This document shows, piece by piece, positions 61,071 through 64,000 of a DNA stretch of 64,000 nucleotides. The first letter of the stretch is position 1, and each line of letters begins with the position of its first letter. The notes beneath the pieces were generated by a model. That model ran no database searches. It had not been told where the DNA came from and saw only the letters and a program-made list of their open reading frames with translations. Made by a program: the position numbers and the translations under genes. The stretch comes from Gammaproteobacteria bacterium (GTDB lineage: Bacteria > Pseudomonadota > Gammaproteobacteria > CAKMZV01), in NCBI GenBank assembly GCA_965219665.1, contig CBDCOD010000023.1, positions 56,114 to 120,113 on the forward strand. The letters run 5' to 3'.

Positions 61071-62023
61071 GCAGTAGAGTTGTTGTTACAGGTGCAGCTG
61101 GTATGATTGGCTCAAACTTGCTACGTGCCTTAAACTGTCATGGCATTGACGATATCATTGCTGTCGATAATCTGAAAGATGGTAGGAAGTTCTCTAATTT
61201 GGTTGGCTGCCAAATAAGTGACTACATAGACAAACTAGATTTTTTAGAACGCCTTGATGACTTAGGGAATATTGACTGTATATTCCATCAAGGTGCCTGC
61301 TCAAAAACTACGGAGTGGGATGGGCGTTATATGATGGAAAATAACTATACATATAGCAAAAAATTATATCAGTGGAGCATGAAGAATAACACACGCTTGA
61401 TATATGCATCTTCTGCAGCAGTATATGGCATGGGCGCTAATGGTTTTAGGGAATGTCCTGATTGTGAAGCGCCTCTAAATGTATATGGCTACTCCAAACT
61501 CTTATTTGATAACTATATACGCTTTCATCACAAGAGCGCAAACTTCCCCCAAGTAGCAGGATTGAGATACTTTAATGTGTATGGGCCTTATGAGCAACAT
61601 AAGGACTCTATGGCATCTGTTGCATGGCATCTGTATCAGCAACAAAAAAATGGCACGTCAATCAAATTATTTGGTGCTTGGGATGGCTATGAAGCGGGCA
61701 TGCAGCAACGTGATTTTATTTATGTTGCTGATGCTGTTGCGGTTAATATTTGGCTGTATAACAACAAAGATATCAGCGGGATTTTTAACTGTGGCAGCGG
61801 GGAAGCACGCCCTTTCAAGCAGATTGCAGAAATTATTCATGCACAATTCCCAAAGTCAGCCATAGAGTATATCCCCTTCCCTGAGCATCTAAAGGGTAGT
61901 TATCAGAGCTTTACTCAAGCAGACATGCATGCTTTGCGCGCTGCAGGATTCGATAGGCCATTTTACGATCTATCTGAAGGAGTGAAACAATACATATCAC
62001 ACTTAGAAAACACACCTGTATAA
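61067..62023 (+). CDS. hldD: ADP-L-glycero-D-manno-heptose 6-epimerase
   Basis: SDR-fold VVTGAAGMIGSN and YxxxK. Confidence 0.85.
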   Translation: MSSRVVVTGAAGMIGSNLLRALNCHGIDDIIAVDNLKDGRKFSNLVGCQISDYIDKLDFLERLDDLGNIDCIFHQGACSKTTEWDGRYMMENNYTYSKKLYQWSMKNNTRLIYASSAAVYGMGANGFRECPDCEAPLNVYGYSKLLFDNYIRFHHKSANFPQVAGLRYFNVYGPYEQHKDSMASVAWHLYQQQKNGTSIKLFGAWDGYEAGMQQRDFIYVADAVAVNIWLYNNKDISGIFNCGSGEARPFKQIAEIIHAQFPKSAIEYIPFPEHLKGSYQSFTQADMHALRAAGFDRPFYDLSEGVKQYISHLENTPV

Positions 62024-62038
62024 ACTAAATAATAATTT

Positions 62039-62794
62039 ATGACTCAAGTTAGAATAAAGCAACAGTTAATTCTGGGTAACTGGAAAATGAATGGATCACG
62101 ACATACCAATAAATTACTCTTGCAAGCATTTTCTACCTATTTAGGCAGCGCAAAGCTTGGCATTTGTGCGCCTTCAATCTATATTAGCCAAGGTGCAGAG
62201 CTATTAGCAAATAGTATGGTAGACCTCGGAGCACAAGACTGTAGTATTCATGATACAGGGGCTTATACTGGTGAAATATCTGCGGCTATGTTAGCAGATT
62301 TTGGAGTCCGATGGTGTTTAGTAGGTCATTCTGAGCGCCGCCTATATCATAATGAAAGCAATGAGCAAGTAATTGCTAAAGCAAATAGATTAAGCAAGCA
62401 CGGCATCTGCCCTGTCATCTGTATAGGAGAAAATTTGGAGCAGCGCCAATCAAACGCTACACATTCTGTTATCAGTGATCAAATGGATTCCATATTAACT
62501 GGTTCAACACCAGATACTCGCCGCTTGATGGTTATTGCTTATGAGCCTGTTTGGGCTATTGGAACAGGAAAAACAGCCACACCAGAACAAGCACAGGAAA
62601 TACACGCACTTATACGCAGACTATGCACGCAATTTGATGCTGCCTTAAGCGATCTATACATCCTATATGGGGGTAGTATGAACCCTAATAATGCTGAAAA
62701 ACTTTTGCAGCAAAGGGATATTGATGGCGGGCTTATAGGTGGTTCCTCTTTGCATGCTTCTGACTTTCTAGCTATAGCAAACCAAGCAGCATGA
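62039..62794 (+). CDS. tpiA: Triosephosphate isomerase
   Basis: NWKMNG, VGHSERR and AYEPVWAIGTG motifs. Confidence 0.9.
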   Translation: MTQVRIKQQLILGNWKMNGSRHTNKLLLQAFSTYLGSAKLGICAPSIYISQGAELLANSMVDLGAQDCSIHDTGAYTGEISAAMLADFGVRWCLVGHSERRLYHNESNEQVIAKANRLSKHGICPVICIGENLEQRQSNATHSVISDQMDSILTGSTPDTRRLMVIAYEPVWAIGTGKTATPEQAQEIHALIRRLCTQFDAALSDLYILYGGSMNPNNAEKLLQQRDIDGGLIGGSSLHASDFLAIANQAA

Positions 62795-63696
62795 AACTCG
62801 CTCAAATTAACGCCTTTGTTACACTTGTTGATAGCGACCTTAATATCTCGCAGACTGCTGAAAAACTACACACAGCCCAATCTGCGGTTAGTCGCTATAT
62901 TCAACTATTAGAGCATGAATTAGGTGTCTGTCTATTTGAGCGCAGAGGAAAGCGATTGGTTAGTCTAAGTCCCTTTGGTGAAATTTTACTCCAACATGCA
63001 CAGATGATGCTAAAGGAAGAGCAGCACATATTAAAAGTAGCGCAAGAATTTTCTAACCCTGAAAGCGGCATTTTACGTATAGCAACGACTCATACGCAGG
63101 CTAAATACTTTCTGCCTGCTGCAATTGAGCACGTGTATAAAAAATTCCCTAAAATCCAGCTACGTCTGCATCAAGGAACACCTAAAGAAATTATTCACAT
63201 GCTAAACAAGCAAACTGCAGATATAGCGGTATGCACAGAAGAATTAAGCAACCATGCCCATTTGAATGTTAAAGAATGTTATACCTGGCATCACTGTGTT
63301 ATTGTTCCTAAAAATCACCCTTTAGCAAATCGTGAGCACATCGCATTAAAAGATCTCCGATTTTGGCCACTAATCACGTATGTCTTTGGGTTTACTGGTC
63401 GCTCCGCTCTACAGGCACATTTTGAAGAAAACAATGTCACCCCTAATGTTGTGCTATCTGCATCAGATACTGATATCATAAAATCTTATGTACGCCTACA
63501 GTTCGGCATAGGTATCATAGCCGACATTGCCTTTTCTAAAGAAGACTCTCAGCACCTTGTACGCATCCCGATTAGCGATGTCATGTCATCAACTACTTCT
63601 GTAGCATGGCAAAAGAACTCTTTTTCTCCATCGCACATAAAAGAGACCATTGATATTATTTCTTCAACAGAAAGCCCTTACTGGGAAGGACTATGA
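62791..63696 (+). CDS. LysR-family transcriptional regulator, CysB-like
   Basis: N-terminal wHTH (NISQTAEKLHTAQSAVSRYIQLLEHELG) and a co-inducer domain. Resembles CysB/Cbl over the first 150 residues. Confidence 0.75.
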   Translation: MKLAQINAFVTLVDSDLNISQTAEKLHTAQSAVSRYIQLLEHELGVCLFERRGKRLVSLSPFGEILLQHAQMMLKEEQHILKVAQEFSNPESGILRIATTHTQAKYFLPAAIEHVYKKFPKIQLRLHQGTPKEIIHMLNKQTADIAVCTEELSNHAHLNVKECYTWHHCVIVPKNHPLANREHIALKDLRFWPLITYVFGFTGRSALQAHFEENNVTPNVVLSASDTDIIKSYVRLQFGIGIIADIAFSKEDSQHLVRIPISDVMSSTTSVAWQKNSFSPSHIKETIDIISSTESPYWEGL

Positions 63697-64000
63697 TACA
63701 TCAGGCAACATTTGTTAGCTATGTAGTCATTATCTTTGTGCTTATACGCCAAGCTGCCATGCATGGTCACTTGAAGATGCAAACCTTCCATTGGGCTGCA
63801 ACATTATTTATAAGTTTGTTGCATATTGCTTTGCTGAGAGAAATTACTGTGCAGTATGAACATCTTACTGCTCTTCTTGCGCTTTCAAACGTCTCTATAC
63901 TGATTGCACTCTGCTTCTGGATTTGGGTGCTATTACTCACTATCTTTGTTAATAATGCAGCATTGATGATGATTATTGCCTGTGCCAATGCTTTCGTATT
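63693..64000 (+). CDS. Polytopic membrane protein, 5' part; gene runs off the window end
   Basis: ATG at 63693 overlapping the LysR stop. The frame is open to the window end and hydrophobic. Not in the ORF track. Confidence 0.3.
   Translation, partial: MIHQATFVSYVVIIFVLIRQAAMHGHLKMQTFHWAATLFISLLHIALLREITVQYEHLTALLALSNVSILIALCFWIWVLLLTIFVNNAALMMIIACANAFV

Overview
The window reads as a gammaproteobacterial chromosome of roughly 40% GC, mostly housekeeping genes, with two accessory-looking stretches. The gene content (rnf, HMG-CoA synthase, scattered type II secretion parts) suggests a Legionellales-like organism, but that is a guess.

The core genes I can support include:
- partial metE and an Smr-domain gene
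- ftsH, tgt, and the conserved rpmH-rnpA-yidC-mnmE block
- an rnfABCDG operon with no rnfE, then metG
- mfd, tRNA-His(GTG), tRNA-Pro(GGG), yidD, argJ
- a solitary recB-like helicase-nuclease, uvrC, fldA, bioA, metK, rsmE
- ilvIH-ilvC translationally fused to thrS-infC and followed by ilvE
- gmhA-hldE-hldD, tpiA, and a CysB-like LysR regulator

I found no IS elements, integrases, CRISPR arrays or rRNA genes.

The two accessory stretches are these:
- **18.3-27.2 kb, minus strand.** A compact operon that begins with the DNA-processing protein gene dprA. Its stop overlaps the start of a lipoprotein secretin. Then come a GspE/PilB-type ATPase, a shortened GspF/PilC platform protein, three small unassignable membrane or periplasmic ORFs, and two atypical prepilin-like proteins. 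This looks like a minimal, possibly competence-linked, type II secretion or type IV pilus-like machine.
- **45.2-51.9 kb.** An AT-rich intergenic region with three perfect palindromes leads into a set of small hypothetical ORFs and a HlyB/HlyD-type type I secretion pair with no substrate in view. A lone HMG-CoA synthase follows, and its stop codon overlaps the start of an orphan gspG major pseudopilin gene.

Every functional call here comes from motif recognition by eye and needs database confirmation.
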